Virus record (IMG/VR): IMGVR_UViG_3300020477_000014
Location: 96,001 to 160,000 of that record
Source: a virus
Reading direction: 5' to 3' (one strand)
DNA: 64,000 bases
The notes beneath the pieces are model-generated. The model made no database searches and was not told the origin of the DNA. It saw only the letters and a list, made by a program, of their open reading frames with translations. Positions 18,604-27,133 of this stretch are shown here, one piece after another (the stretch's first letter is position 1; every line of letters begins with the position of its first letter). The translations under genes were made by a program, and so were the position numbers.

Positions 18604-19809
18604 ATGGCTTATAAATTTCAATTAGGACCCGCTCTTTTAAGCGGTTCCGTAACACAAAAGGGTGTTGCCCCTGGTTTCATCCAGTTGGTGGACGAAAACT
18701 TTGCTACCAAAATCGAACTTGATGCAGGTCCCGGCGCGATTTCGGGCTCTGGAGCAGCTAAGTTTGGGCTAGATCTTACTGCTAGCGCTGTACACGCAAA
18801 ATCAGAAATTCATGCAAATACAAATGTATCATGTAATGGTGCCATGGTCACCAATAGAATTTCGGACAAAGGTGGGCTTCTGGCTATGACCGGATCTAAT
18901 CAACTGGCTTTTCGTGCCGGTGGCGGCGGTAATGCGTATATAAAGTTCTATAACTCAAGCACTGGCACCAGTGCTGATCACGAATTCTACTCTGGGTGGT
19001 TTCAAAACAGAACCGGTAAAACTTTACTCGGAGCCGATATGTCTCAAGATTCAATATGTACGTTCAAGGAAGGAAATTTTGATAGATTTACTATCGGAAA
19101 CGACACTAGTAAAGACACATTTAGTATCGATTCGGGGAATTCCTTGAGTGATACTCCGTTGCTCTCTGTCGGACCTTTTGATAAAGGCGGCGTTAAAACA
19201 ACAATGGGAATTACTGCTCAGTTGGGTCTAACCGGCGCTTTAAAGTACAGAATGGATCTTGCCCCGGGTGGCGGTCTTGTTAATTCCGGTACCGGAGTTG
19301 GTCCTTTCGACAACACTGGCAACTATAGCTTGGGTCTAAGTGCCTCTGTGTTGAATGCTGCGGCTCCATCTGTTGGTGGTGATTCGATGTTGTTTTATAA
19401 TAACGCTGGTGTGGCTAAGCGGATGAGTATGATTGACTATGCTAACAATATTGCAGGTAATGGTATTACTGCTGTTAGTGGTGTGCTTAGTGTCGATACA
19501 CAGGCGGGAGACCGTATCAGCGCCTGGTCTCATGGAGATGCAAATGCCAACATGAAGGCAGGTATTAACTATGCTAGTGCACAGTTAACTCAAAATCGTG
19601 TGTGGACGCTTCCTTCTGGATCGGCTAATGTCAAAGATGGCGAAGTCTTTCACGTGAAGCTTGCGACTCTTGCTGCGCAGAAGGCTCTAGTTGTTACATG
19701 TCAAGGCGCTGCTAGAATCGATGATAGTCATTTGACAGTTGTTCTCGGTGCAGAATATACTTCTGTTGCTTTTGTGTACGTTGGTGCAGATAAGTGGCGA
19801 ATCGTCTAA
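18604..19809 (+). CDS. Fibre/decoration-like virion protein
   Basis: Gly/Ser/Ala-rich. C-terminal WTLPSG...FHVK...RIDD...YVGADKWRIV domain related to the two previous genes. GGAGGG SD. Confidence 0.6.
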   Translation: MAYKFQLGPALLSGSVTQKGVAPGFIQLVDENFATKIELDAGPGAISGSGAAKFGLDLTASAVHAKSEIHANTNVSCNGAMVTNRISDKGGLLAMTGSNQLAFRAGGGGNAYIKFYNSSTGTSADHEFYSGWFQNRTGKTLLGADMSQDSICTFKEGNFDRFTIGNDTSKDTFSIDSGNSLSDTPLLSVGPFDKGGVKTTMGITAQLGLTGALKYRMDLAPGGGLVNSGTGVGPFDNTGNYSLGLSASVLNAAAPSVGGDSMLFYNNAGVAKRMSMIDYANNIAGNGITAVSGVLSVDTQAGDRISAWSHGDANANMKAGINYASAQLTQNRVWTLPSGSANVKDGEVFHVKLATLAAQKALVVTCQGAARIDDSHLTVVLGAEYTSVAFVYVGADKWRIV

Positions 19810-19843
19810 TCTTTACTGTTATTTATTAGAAAGCAATGCTTTC

Positions 19844-19870
19844 AGGCACCCCCTCGTGGGGTGCTTTTTT
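19844..19870 (+). terminator. Intrinsic terminator
   Basis: AGGCACCCC-CTCGT-GGGGTGCTT followed by a T-run. Confidence 0.8.
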
Positions 19871-19882
19871 ATAAGGAGATAT

Positions 19883-20101
19883 ATGAAGACGTTAGATTTA
19901 CATGGAGAAAGGCATTCCGATATTGCTCGAAAGGTAGCAAATTTTATTCTTTTAAACAAACCCCCTTTAAAAATAGTGACTGGGAAATCGCAAAGGATGA
20001 TAGCCATAGTTACACAAATTTTAGACAAATATGATTTTGATTACTATCCGGAATATTTTATCAATTATGGGGCTTATATTGTACAGGAAAAAAGAAGATA
20101 A
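19883..20101 (+). CDS. Minimal Smr-domain-like protein (72 aa)
   Basis: True start 19883 (AAGGAG SD). MKTLDLHG...LKIVTGKS are typical Smr motifs. Confidence 0.65.
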   Translation: MKTLDLHGERHSDIARKVANFILLNKPPLKIVTGKSQRMIAIVTQILDKYDFDYYPEYFINYGAYIVQEKRR

Positions 20102-20105
20102 TCGC

Positions 20106-20113
20106 CCTATTTA
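20106..20113 (+). promoter_or_regulatory. Putative late-promoter octamer variant CCTATTTA
   Basis: Intergenic, 26 nt before ATG 20132. Confidence 0.45.
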
Positions 20114-20131
20114 TAGTGAAGAGGGTTATTT

Positions 20132-21280
20132 ATGGCTTATTATGGTAATCAAAAAACTGATTCAAATAAACACAACACCAAGAATAAAAAAACGGAAGTG
20201 TCCGACACTCATTATCTGGGCGCCGTTACCGCTAGCGCGTTTTATGATTCTTTCGAAAGAAAAACATTACGCCCCCCGGCCATAACCAATATAATCAACG
20301 ATCATCGGAATCGGGTATTGGTGTCGCGCGGCGATGGTACCGCTGTTGCGTTCAAGGGGCTAAGTTTTAATGGAGACTCTTTGCTAGCATCTGCTTATTT
20401 TGGTTCTGGTGTAGGTTTGACGAATCTTCAAGCTAGTGCTTTGGTGGGAAATGTACCATTAAAGAATATTAATTACGGCGCTGGCTTGGTGGCTGCCAAT
20501 AACCAACTTCAGGTAAACATAGCTGAGGGATTGGTGTTAACCAATAACCAGGTTGGTATTAAGACTACGGCGAAAGGAGGTCTTCGGTTGACTCCCGACG
20601 GGATTCGTGTAGATCCTAGCATGGCACCTGAAAAAAGAGCAGTAAGCATTAATGATAGATTTTTGATTTCAGATAGTGATAACCAAGATGCAGCTAAAGG
20701 AGTGGCTATACGATATCTATCTAATTATTTTCAGAACACACTTAATTTTTCGCAGCCTAGTGGCAGAGATGCCCACATTCAGTTTAACAATAATGGGAGA
20801 TTTGGCTCTTCCCCTCATTTGACCTTCCGGGGAGAGACTTTGGCTACTATTAATGTATCCGCGCGCGGACATATACAAGTGGGGACCAATTTATTGAAGG
20901 CTGATCGTACGATGCTAGCATTGCCAAGTGTGCCTATCGATAATTCTACATTACCAAACAATGGTCTTTGCATGTATATAGATGAAGAGCAAAACAAGCT
21001 GATGTTAAAGGTGAAATATTCTACGGGAGTCGTTAGGAACATTGCTGTCGATCTTATAGAGAGGGCGATAGTGCAAGAAGAGGATGATGAATCAGAAAAC
21101 CAAGGCTTCATAATGGATGATGAAAGTATGGATGAAAAAATAGGGATTAACAACCCGAATGACTTGGAAGAGTTGGACGATAAGTCGTTTCAGGATATCG
21201 AATCTCCCGAGATCGAAATGACATCTTCCTCGTCGGGGGGCATTTTGGGTTATTTTAAAAGTGCGTTTACTAAAAAATAA
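20132..21280 (+). CDS. Fibre-like virion protein with acidic C-terminal tail
   Basis: ASAYFGSGVGLTNL and SGRDAHIQFNNNGRFG...LTF motifs shared with 17031 and 17721. Confidence 0.55.
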   Translation: MAYYGNQKTDSNKHNTKNKKTEVSDTHYLGAVTASAFYDSFERKTLRPPAITNIINDHRNRVLVSRGDGTAVAFKGLSFNGDSLLASAYFGSGVGLTNLQASALVGNVPLKNINYGAGLVAANNQLQVNIAEGLVLTNNQVGIKTTAKGGLRLTPDGIRVDPSMAPEKRAVSINDRFLISDSDNQDAAKGVAIRYLSNYFQNTLNFSQPSGRDAHIQFNNNGRFGSSPHLTFRGETLATINVSARGHIQVGTNLLKADRTMLALPSVPIDNSTLPNNGLCMYIDEEQNKLMLKVKYSTGVVRNIAVDLIERAIVQEEDDESENQGFIMDDESMDEKIGINNPNDLEELDDKSFQDIESPEIEMTSSSSGGILGYFKSAFTKK

Positions 21281-21281
21281 C

Positions 21282-21289
21282 ACTATTTA
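21282..21289 (+). promoter_or_regulatory. Putative late-promoter octamer ACTATTTA
   Basis: Intergenic, before the scaffold and major capsid genes. Confidence 0.6.
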
Positions 21290-21324
21290 GATAATGGAAA
21301 AGTATTTTATTAGGAGAGTTCTCT

Positions 21325-22509
21325 ATGTCAAGTTTACTTAAAGAAGCGATTGTCGATGCGGCCGCTCTTAAAGAGGCAGCGTTGAAAAACGCAGAAGCAG
21401 CAATTATCCAAAAGTATTCTGCTGAAGTAAAAGACACAATTGATAAATTGTTAGAACAAGATGATTTAACTGCCGAACTAGGCGGAGACCTAAGCGGTGA
21501 AGAAATGGGCGACCCCGGCATGGGTGAAGACCCTGCGGTGGCTGCGGATGCTCCACTGGAAGAGGTTGAAGAAGTTACTGAAGACGATATTCCTTTGGCT
21601 AGCACTAATGGGCTTTCTAAAGAGGTGGGCGTTGGTTTAAACGAAGCCCCTACCGAGGGAGAAAACGTCGAGTTTAATGTCAACTTAGAAGCTCTCCATG
21701 AAGCAATTCAAGAACTGCAAGCGGAATTAGATGAAGAGATTGAAATTACCGAGGAAGATTTAGAAGGATTGCTGGAAGACCCGGAACAACTTGCAGAAGC
21801 AGACCCAACAACTGCCTCTGCTGCGGCAGAGGATGCTGACGTTAACGCAATGGATAGCCTGGAAGACACACCTAATCCACAAAAAGACGAAGAAGGCGAA
21901 GCTGTTGATGCTTCTGTGATGGGCGAAAACGAAGTTGAAGAGATTTCGGAAGATCTCATCGATGCAGTAATGGAAAAACTTACAGTCGATATGGGAGCTA
22001 CCCTATCCGGATGGGCGGGACGCTCATCTGAGTCTATGAAGTGGGAGATTGAAAAAGCTCTTGCACATAGAAGAAGCTCCGATTTCGATGAAGAATTTGA
22101 AGATTTGAAAAAAGCTCACAAAGAATTGGTTTTCGAAAATAACCAAATCAAAGAGCATAATGATAAATATAAGCAGACAGTTGCGCAACTTAAGGAGAAT
22201 CTACAGGATATTAATCTCTCCAACGCGCGACTGCTTTACACGAACCGTGTTCTTAGGAATACCTCCTTGAATGAGCGACAGAAACAGAAAATTGTCGAAG
22301 CTATTTCAAACGCCGGTTCAGTTACGGAGGCAAAGACAATATACAAGACCCTTCAGAGCACAATGGAGACCAAGCAAACAAAGCCCGGTCCACAATCGTT
22401 GAGCGAAGCAATTGGTAGTCGGCCTTCTTTTGTTCGTGCTACTCGCAAAGAAAGTAAACCTGTTGATACTTTAAGCGATAGGATGAAGAAACTAGCTGGA
22501 ATTAAATAA
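21325..22509 (+). CDS. Prohead core/scaffold protein (T4 gp22-like)
   Basis: Very acidic, coiled-coil, many L/I-x-E sites, ends RMKKLAGIK. Immediately precedes the major capsid gene. Confidence 0.75.
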   Translation: MSSLLKEAIVDAAALKEAALKNAEAAIIQKYSAEVKDTIDKLLEQDDLTAELGGDLSGEEMGDPGMGEDPAVAADAPLEEVEEVTEDDIPLASTNGLSKEVGVGLNEAPTEGENVEFNVNLEALHEAIQELQAELDEEIEITEEDLEGLLEDPEQLAEADPTTASAAAEDADVNAMDSLEDTPNPQKDEEGEAVDASVMGENEVEEISEDLIDAVMEKLTVDMGATLSGWAGRSSESMKWEIEKALAHRRSSDFDEEFEDLKKAHKELVFENNQIKEHNDKYKQTVAQLKENLQDINLSNARLLYTNRVLRNTSLNERQKQKIVEAISNAGSVTEAKTIYKTLQSTMETKQTKPGPQSLSEAIGSRPSFVRATRKESKPVDTLSDRMKKLAGIK

Positions 22510-22530
22510 AAATTATGGAGGTATTTAAAT

Positions 22531-24330
22531 ATGTCTAGTATTATTGAAAGACTGACTGAAGGCGTTGTCAACCGCGACATGAAAGCCGAAGGTCATGCTC
22601 TACTTAAAAAATGGGAACGCACTGGTCTCCTTGAGGGATTAACCAATGAGCGTCAAAAAAATTCTATGGCTCGATTGCTTGAAAACCAAGCTAAAGAGCT
22701 TCTTCGCGAAGCAAGTACTATGGCGATGCCAAGTAGCGACGTGGAAGGTTTTGCATCTGTTGCATTTCCTATCGTCCGTCGTGTTTTCGCAGGTCTGATC
22801 GCAAACGATCTTGTTTCCGTTCAGCCAATGAGCCTTCCAAGTGGACTCATCTTCTTCCTTGACTTTACGTTCAACAGCACCCGTATGGATGGCACTGAGG
22901 ACAAGTCAATTTATGGTGGCGATGAGGTTGGTTCAGAGATCACCGGCGGCGTAGACTTGGTGGGAGCCTTGAAGCAAGATTTTGCTGGTCCCCGTACAGT
23001 CGCGGCTCGTGGTTATGCTTACGCATCTCCAACCGGCTCTGGCGCACCAACTGAGGTTACAAAGATAAGTTGTTTTTCTCTGACTTCTTCAACAAATGCT
23101 CAACGACGAGATACTTTGATTTATGATCCTGATATTTTGTCTCTATCGGCTTCTGCTGGTAAATATACTGCTCTTTCTGTTGTGGTGGCCAAAGAAGCTA
23201 TTACAGGTTCTCAAGCTGGCCAACCGGCTGATTATGACAATCTTGGTGCTTTCACTTTGTCAGGGATTACTGCTCTTACCAATGTTGCATCAACCGCAGT
23301 TCAAATTAAACGACTGACCCAGTTGACAACTCTTGCTGGTAAGCCAGATCCTGCCGGCGGTTATGTTCAATTTGTGTTGTTCGGTACCGATGACTCTAGC
23401 GGAATCAAAAACATTGCCGGCACTGCCGCTAATGCTGATGGTTCTTTACACCCCAGTATTACAATCACTTATCCTATTAAAGATAATATCGTGGATGCAA
23501 ACGCTGTTGGCGCAGTTAAGGGTACTCAATTGTGGGGGCTCGAAAACAATACAGCCATCCCTGAGATCGACATCAAGGTCGATAGCATCGCTGTCACCGC
23601 GCAAACCAAGAAACTGAAAGCCAAGTGGACACCTGAATTGGGTCAAGACTTGAATGCTTATCATAACTTGGACGCAGAAGTTGAGTTGACTTCGATCCTT
23701 TCTGAGCAAATTGCTCTTGAAATCGATCGTGAGATCTTGGCTGACCTTGTGAACGGCGCGAAAGCTTCTACCTATTATTGGTCACGTTCTCCTGGTTTGT
23801 TTGTAGATCGTGTCACCGGCAACGAGGTGGGTGCTGCTTCTAAAGCTCCCGACTTTACGGGTACGGTTTCTGAATGGTATGAGACTCTTATTGAAACAAT
23901 TAATGACGTCTCGGCTCAGATCCACCGCAAGACTCTTCGGGGTGGCGCTAACTTTATCGTCTGCGGACCTGAAGTGGCTAATATCCTTGAGTTCACTGCT
24001 GGCTTCCGTGCTTCTGTCACTAATGATGACGAAAGCGGCTCGGTTGGTGCTGTGAAAGTTGGTAGTCTTTCTAAGAAGTTTGACGTTATCGTCGATCCTT
24101 ACTTCATTCGGAATGTTATTCTCGTTGGTCGTCGGGGTTCTAGCTTCCTTGAAAGCGGATATGTGTATGCACCGTATGTGCCACTACAAACTACTCCCAC
24201 AATCTTCGGGCCTGAAGACTTCGTGCCAAGAAAGGGTGTCATGACCCGTTACGCGAAGCAGATGGTTCGTCCAGATATGTATGGATTGGTTATCGTTCGT
24301 GGTCTTCTTGGTGAGGACGGAGGCGCTTAA
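22531..24330 (+). CDS. Major capsid protein (T4 gp23-like)
   Basis: FPIVRRVF, LVSVQPMSLPSGLIFFLD, KLKAKWTPELGQDLNAYH, EIDREI, YAPYVPL and GVMTRYA motifs. Confidence 0.96.
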   Translation: MSSIIERLTEGVVNRDMKAEGHALLKKWERTGLLEGLTNERQKNSMARLLENQAKELLREASTMAMPSSDVEGFASVAFPIVRRVFAGLIANDLVSVQPMSLPSGLIFFLDFTFNSTRMDGTEDKSIYGGDEVGSEITGGVDLVGALKQDFAGPRTVAARGYAYASPTGSGAPTEVTKISCFSLTSSTNAQRRDTLIYDPDILSLSASAGKYTALSVVVAKEAITGSQAGQPADYDNLGAFTLSGITALTNVASTAVQIKRLTQLTTLAGKPDPAGGYVQFVLFGTDDSSGIKNIAGTAANADGSLHPSITITYPIKDNIVDANAVGAVKGTQLWGLENNTAIPEIDIKVDSIAVTAQTKKLKAKWTPELGQDLNAYHNLDAEVELTSILSEQIALEIDREILADLVNGAKASTYYWSRSPGLFVDRVTGNEVGAASKAPDFTGTVSEWYETLIETINDVSAQIHRKTLRGGANFIVCGPEVANILEFTAGFRASVTNDDESGSVGAVKVGSLSKKFDVIVDPYFIRNVILVGRRGSSFLESGYVYAPYVPLQTTPTIFGPEDFVPRKGVMTRYAKQMVRPDMYGLVIVRGLLGEDGGA

Positions 24331-24355
24331 TTAAGAGCATTCTGAAAATTATCAC

Positions 24356-24382
24356 AACCCCCGCCATTTGGCGGGGGTTTTT
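24356..24382 (+). terminator. Intrinsic terminator after the major capsid gene
   Basis: AACCCCCGCC-ATTT-GGCGGGGGTT followed by T. Confidence 0.9.
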
Positions 24383-24394
24383 GTTTGTGAAGAT

Positions 24395-24402
24395 ACTACT
24401 TA
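24395..24402 (+). promoter_or_regulatory. Putative late-promoter octamer ACTACTTA
   Basis: 12 nt after the MCP terminator. Confidence 0.55.
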
Positions 24403-24457
24403 AAGATGTATGCCGATGGATATTCTCGGCGCTTTCATTTTAAGGAGAAATAAGAAA

Positions 24458-24892
24458 ATGGCTGTATCACCGAACTTGGCGAGATTAAAGAAGTTGCTCA
24501 GTGACTTTACTGTGGGAAAAATTAATACGGACAAAAGCGTATCGTTGATGAATTCAACTATCCACCTTAAAGGCGGGGGTGCCGTCGTTCAAACCAACAA
24601 TAAAAGCGAACCAGTGACTTTGAATCGGAATGCCGGCAAAATTACCATGCGCGGAGATGATGCTATGAATTCCGGGGATGTAAGGCACTTTACCCTCAAT
24701 AATGTATACATTAGCGAAGATAGCGTGGTTCTCTTAAATCTTGTCGACAATACTCACGGAAACAAATATATTGCTTGGGTCACTCACTTGAACAACAACG
24801 GATCATGCAGAATAACAGTAGAGAAGATATCTGGCGGCTCAGAAACAGACGCGGTTGTGATCAATTTCGCTGTCTTTCATATCCAAACCTGA
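24458..24892 (+). CDS. Putative capsid decoration/structural protein
   Basis: Start 24458 fits the TAAGGAG SD. Beta-rich composition. Forms its own unit after MCP. Confidence 0.55.
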   Translation: MAVSPNLARLKKLLSDFTVGKINTDKSVSLMNSTIHLKGGGAVVQTNNKSEPVTLNRNAGKITMRGDDAMNSGDVRHFTLNNVYISEDSVVLLNLVDNTHGNKYIAWVTHLNNNGSCRITVEKISGGSETDAVVINFAVFHIQT

Positions 24893-24923
24893 TATTATAT
24901 TCTTAGTATATTCTTAGTAAAAT

Positions 24924-24946
24924 CCCTCCCGAATGGAGGGTTTTTT
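24924..24946 (+). terminator. Intrinsic terminator
   Basis: CCCTCC-CGAAT-GGAGGG-TTTTTT. Confidence 0.8.
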
Positions 24947-25008
24947 GTTAAAATGTCGATCTGTCAAATTTTACCGCCGGCAAATTTTTGAGATTTTTGC
25001 TTTTTTGT

Positions 25009-25016
25009 ACTAATTA
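25009..25016 (+). promoter_or_regulatory. Putative late-promoter octamer variant ACTAATTA
   Basis: 30 nt before ATG 25039. Confidence 0.5.
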
Positions 25017-25038
25017 CTATACAAAATAGGAGTTTTTT

Positions 25039-25305
25039 ATGGGTAAGCCTTGGAAAAGAATGAAATTTAGACGCAAGCGACAGAAAGCAGCGCAAACCCG
25101 AACACAAGAAGTGTTAGTGTCGGATCCGCCGGCTGTTTCTCCACCCGTGGTAGAGAATTCTCCACCCGTGGTAGAGAAAGTAGAACAAACAACAGAAGAG
25201 AAGCCTGCAATCAAAAAGCCAACACGAAAGCGCACAACTCCTACGTCCAAACCCAAGGTCACAAAACGTGCCGCAAAGAAGACCACAAAAAAGGTCGCAA
25301 AATAA
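25039..25305 (+). CDS. Small Lys/Arg-rich histone-H1-like basic protein
   Basis: KPAIKKPTRKRTTPTSKPKVTKRAAKKTTKKVAK C-terminus. AGGAG SD. Confidence 0.6.
   Translation: MGKPWKRMKFRRKRQKAAQTRTQEVLVSDPPAVSPPVVENSPPVVEKVEQTTEEKPAIKKPTRKRTTPTSKPKVTKRAAKKTTKKVAK
25137..25178 (+). repeat. Perfect 21-bp tandem duplication
   Basis: TTCTCCACCCGTGGTAGAGAA x2 (SPPVVEN / SPPVVEK). Confidence 0.9.
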
Positions 25306-25340
25306 AACGCTATTACATTTTGAGTTTTAGCTCTATCACA

Positions 25341-25348
25341 ACTATTTA
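25341..25348 (+). promoter_or_regulatory. Putative late-promoter octamer ACTATTTA
   Basis: 28 nt before ATG 25369. Confidence 0.6.
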
Positions 25349-25368
25349 GGATGTAGGAGTGTTTATGT

Positions 25369-26637
25369 ATGCCGACCAATTTAAGCCCAAAATCTCAGAC
25401 AAGTGCTGTAGTATTAACTAGCACAGGATCAGCCGCCGATGTAGCGGCTGCGTTGCCTTTTGGTATTTATGCTAGTTCTGATGCCTTTCTTAGCGGCGCC
25501 GCCTCTCAAGTAGCTTATATATATAAGAAGCTTGGTGGCGATGTTGTTGATATAGAATTAACGCCGGCAAATGTATATGCTGCCTATGAAGAAGCGGTCT
25601 TAGAGTATTCATACATTGTTAATTTACACCAAGGCAAGAATGTCCTCTCTAGTGTTTTGGGAGAACAGACAGGCACATTTGATCAGTATGGAAACCTAAC
25701 TTCAGGACCGAGTGGAAGCAATTTGCGATATCCTCGCTTTTCGTTGGGTTATGCTCGGCGAGTGGGTGACGGCGCCGCGGCTGCCGGTGGTTTTGGTGGG
25801 ACAATTCCCGAATATTCAGCTTCGTTTCAGCCAAAAGACAATCAACAAGATTACGATCTACAAGCGATCATACAGAGCGCCTCTGTCAATGGCGTTGATG
25901 ATTCGGGTCGCCCTGTTGCATATGCTGGCAAGGTGGGAGATAAACGGGTTATAGTAACTCAAGTCTATTATCGATCTCCCCGCGCCATGTGGCGTTTTTA
26001 CGGCTATTATGGTGGCGTTGGAGTGGTAGGTAATCTGACTACGTATGGGCAATATGCGGATGATGCGACATTTGAGATTATTCCAACTTGGCAAAACAAA
26101 ATGCAAGCTATCATGTATGAGGACTCTATCTACACTCGCACATCTCACTATTCTTATGAGCTTATTAATAATAAATTACGACTATATCCTACTCCAAGTT
26201 ATTGGGGATATGACGAATCTAATAGAATATGGGTGAGATTTTATGTTGATTTGGGAGCTTTCGAAACCGGATCGTATAACGTGGGCATAGAGGGAATCAA
26301 CAATCTGAATACATTGCCGTTCGATAATGTACCTTATATTAATATTAATTCTATTGGCAAACAGTGGATCAGGAAATTTTCATTAGCAGTCTGTAAAGAA
26401 ATGTTGGGCCAAATTCGAGGAAAGTTTGCAACTATCCCCATCCCAGGAGATTCAGTTACTTTAAATGCTTCAGATTTGTTAAGTCAAGCTAAAGACGAAC
26501 AAGAACGCCTCAAAGATAAGCTGATGGAACTCCTGAAAGAAACTGAGTACACCGCATTAGCTAAGTCTGATCAAGAGTTGACGGATGCGGCTACCAATAC
26601 TTTAAAAGTGAGTCCGTTGCCAATTTTTGTAGGATAA
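25369..26637 (+). CDS. Neck / head-tail connector protein (gp13-like)
   Basis: YKKLGGDVVDIEL, WIRKFSLAVCKEMLGQIRGKF and IPIPG...LNASDL motifs. Position after the head genes. Confidence 0.7.
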   Translation: MPTNLSPKSQTSAVVLTSTGSAADVAAALPFGIYASSDAFLSGAASQVAYIYKKLGGDVVDIELTPANVYAAYEEAVLEYSYIVNLHQGKNVLSSVLGEQTGTFDQYGNLTSGPSGSNLRYPRFSLGYARRVGDGAAAAGGFGGTIPEYSASFQPKDNQQDYDLQAIIQSASVNGVDDSGRPVAYAGKVGDKRVIVTQVYYRSPRAMWRFYGYYGGVGVVGNLTTYGQYADDATFEIIPTWQNKMQAIMYEDSIYTRTSHYSYELINNKLRLYPTPSYWGYDESNRIWVRFYVDLGAFETGSYNVGIEGINNLNTLPFDNVPYININSIGKQWIRKFSLAVCKEMLGQIRGKFATIPIPGDSVTLNASDLLSQAKDEQERLKDKLMELLKETEYTALAKSDQELTDAATNTLKVSPLPIFVG

Positions 26638-26644
26638 TTAATGA

Positions 26645-27133
26645 ATGTCGAATGAATGGAAAAGACCAAAACAACCACCTCCGCCGCTGTTTTTAGGAGA
26701 GAAAGAGCGCAATCTAGTTAAACAGGTTAATGACGAACTTATAGAGAAGGTCATAGGTCAACAAATTCTCTATTATCCTATTGATCTAGAAAGTACTCAT
26801 TTTCACGATTTGTATGGCGAGGCTATCACTAAGAGCTATCTGCCTCCCGTAAGAGTATATGCCTTGGTGGAGTTTACCAAAGAAGGCACTGAGTACCTAG
26901 AGAATGCCGGAGTTGACAAAACGTGGGAAATTATGGTCAATTTTCATCGTCGACGACTAACAGAAGATCAGAACTTGTATGTTCGTGAAGGAGATTTTGT
27001 CTTATATGGGGATTATTATTATGAGATTGTATCTCTTTCGGAGCCACGTAAATTATTTGGCCAAGTAGATTATTCGTTTGAAATTGCTGCTACTTGTAAG
27101 AGATCTAGAAAAGGATTATTCGATGCTACCTGA
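26645..27133 (+). CDS. Neck protein (gp14-like)
   Basis: DLYGEA...PVRVYALVE...VREGDFVLYGDYYYEI. Position in the neck cluster. Confidence 0.65.
   Translation: MSNEWKRPKQPPPPLFLGEKERNLVKQVNDELIEKVIGQQILYYPIDLESTHFHDLYGEAITKSYLPPVRVYALVEFTKEGTEYLENAGVDKTWEIMVNFHRRRLTEDQNLYVREGDFVLYGDYYYEIVSLSEPRKLFGQVDYSFEIAATCKRSRKGLFDAT

Noticed and set aside
19739-19882. Track start of the 120-aa ORF at 19739 (similarly 24410, 27078, 28081, 56746, 58572)
   Set aside because: The upstream extensions overlap other genes or terminators. Downstream ATGs have better SDs or coupling, so the starts were reassigned.
7114-25178. Short tandem repeats (7114-7155, 24898-24919, 25137-25178) as CRISPR or DGR elements
   Set aside because: They have only 2-3 adjacent copies without spacers, two of them are in-frame coding repeats, and there is no cas or reverse transcriptase gene.
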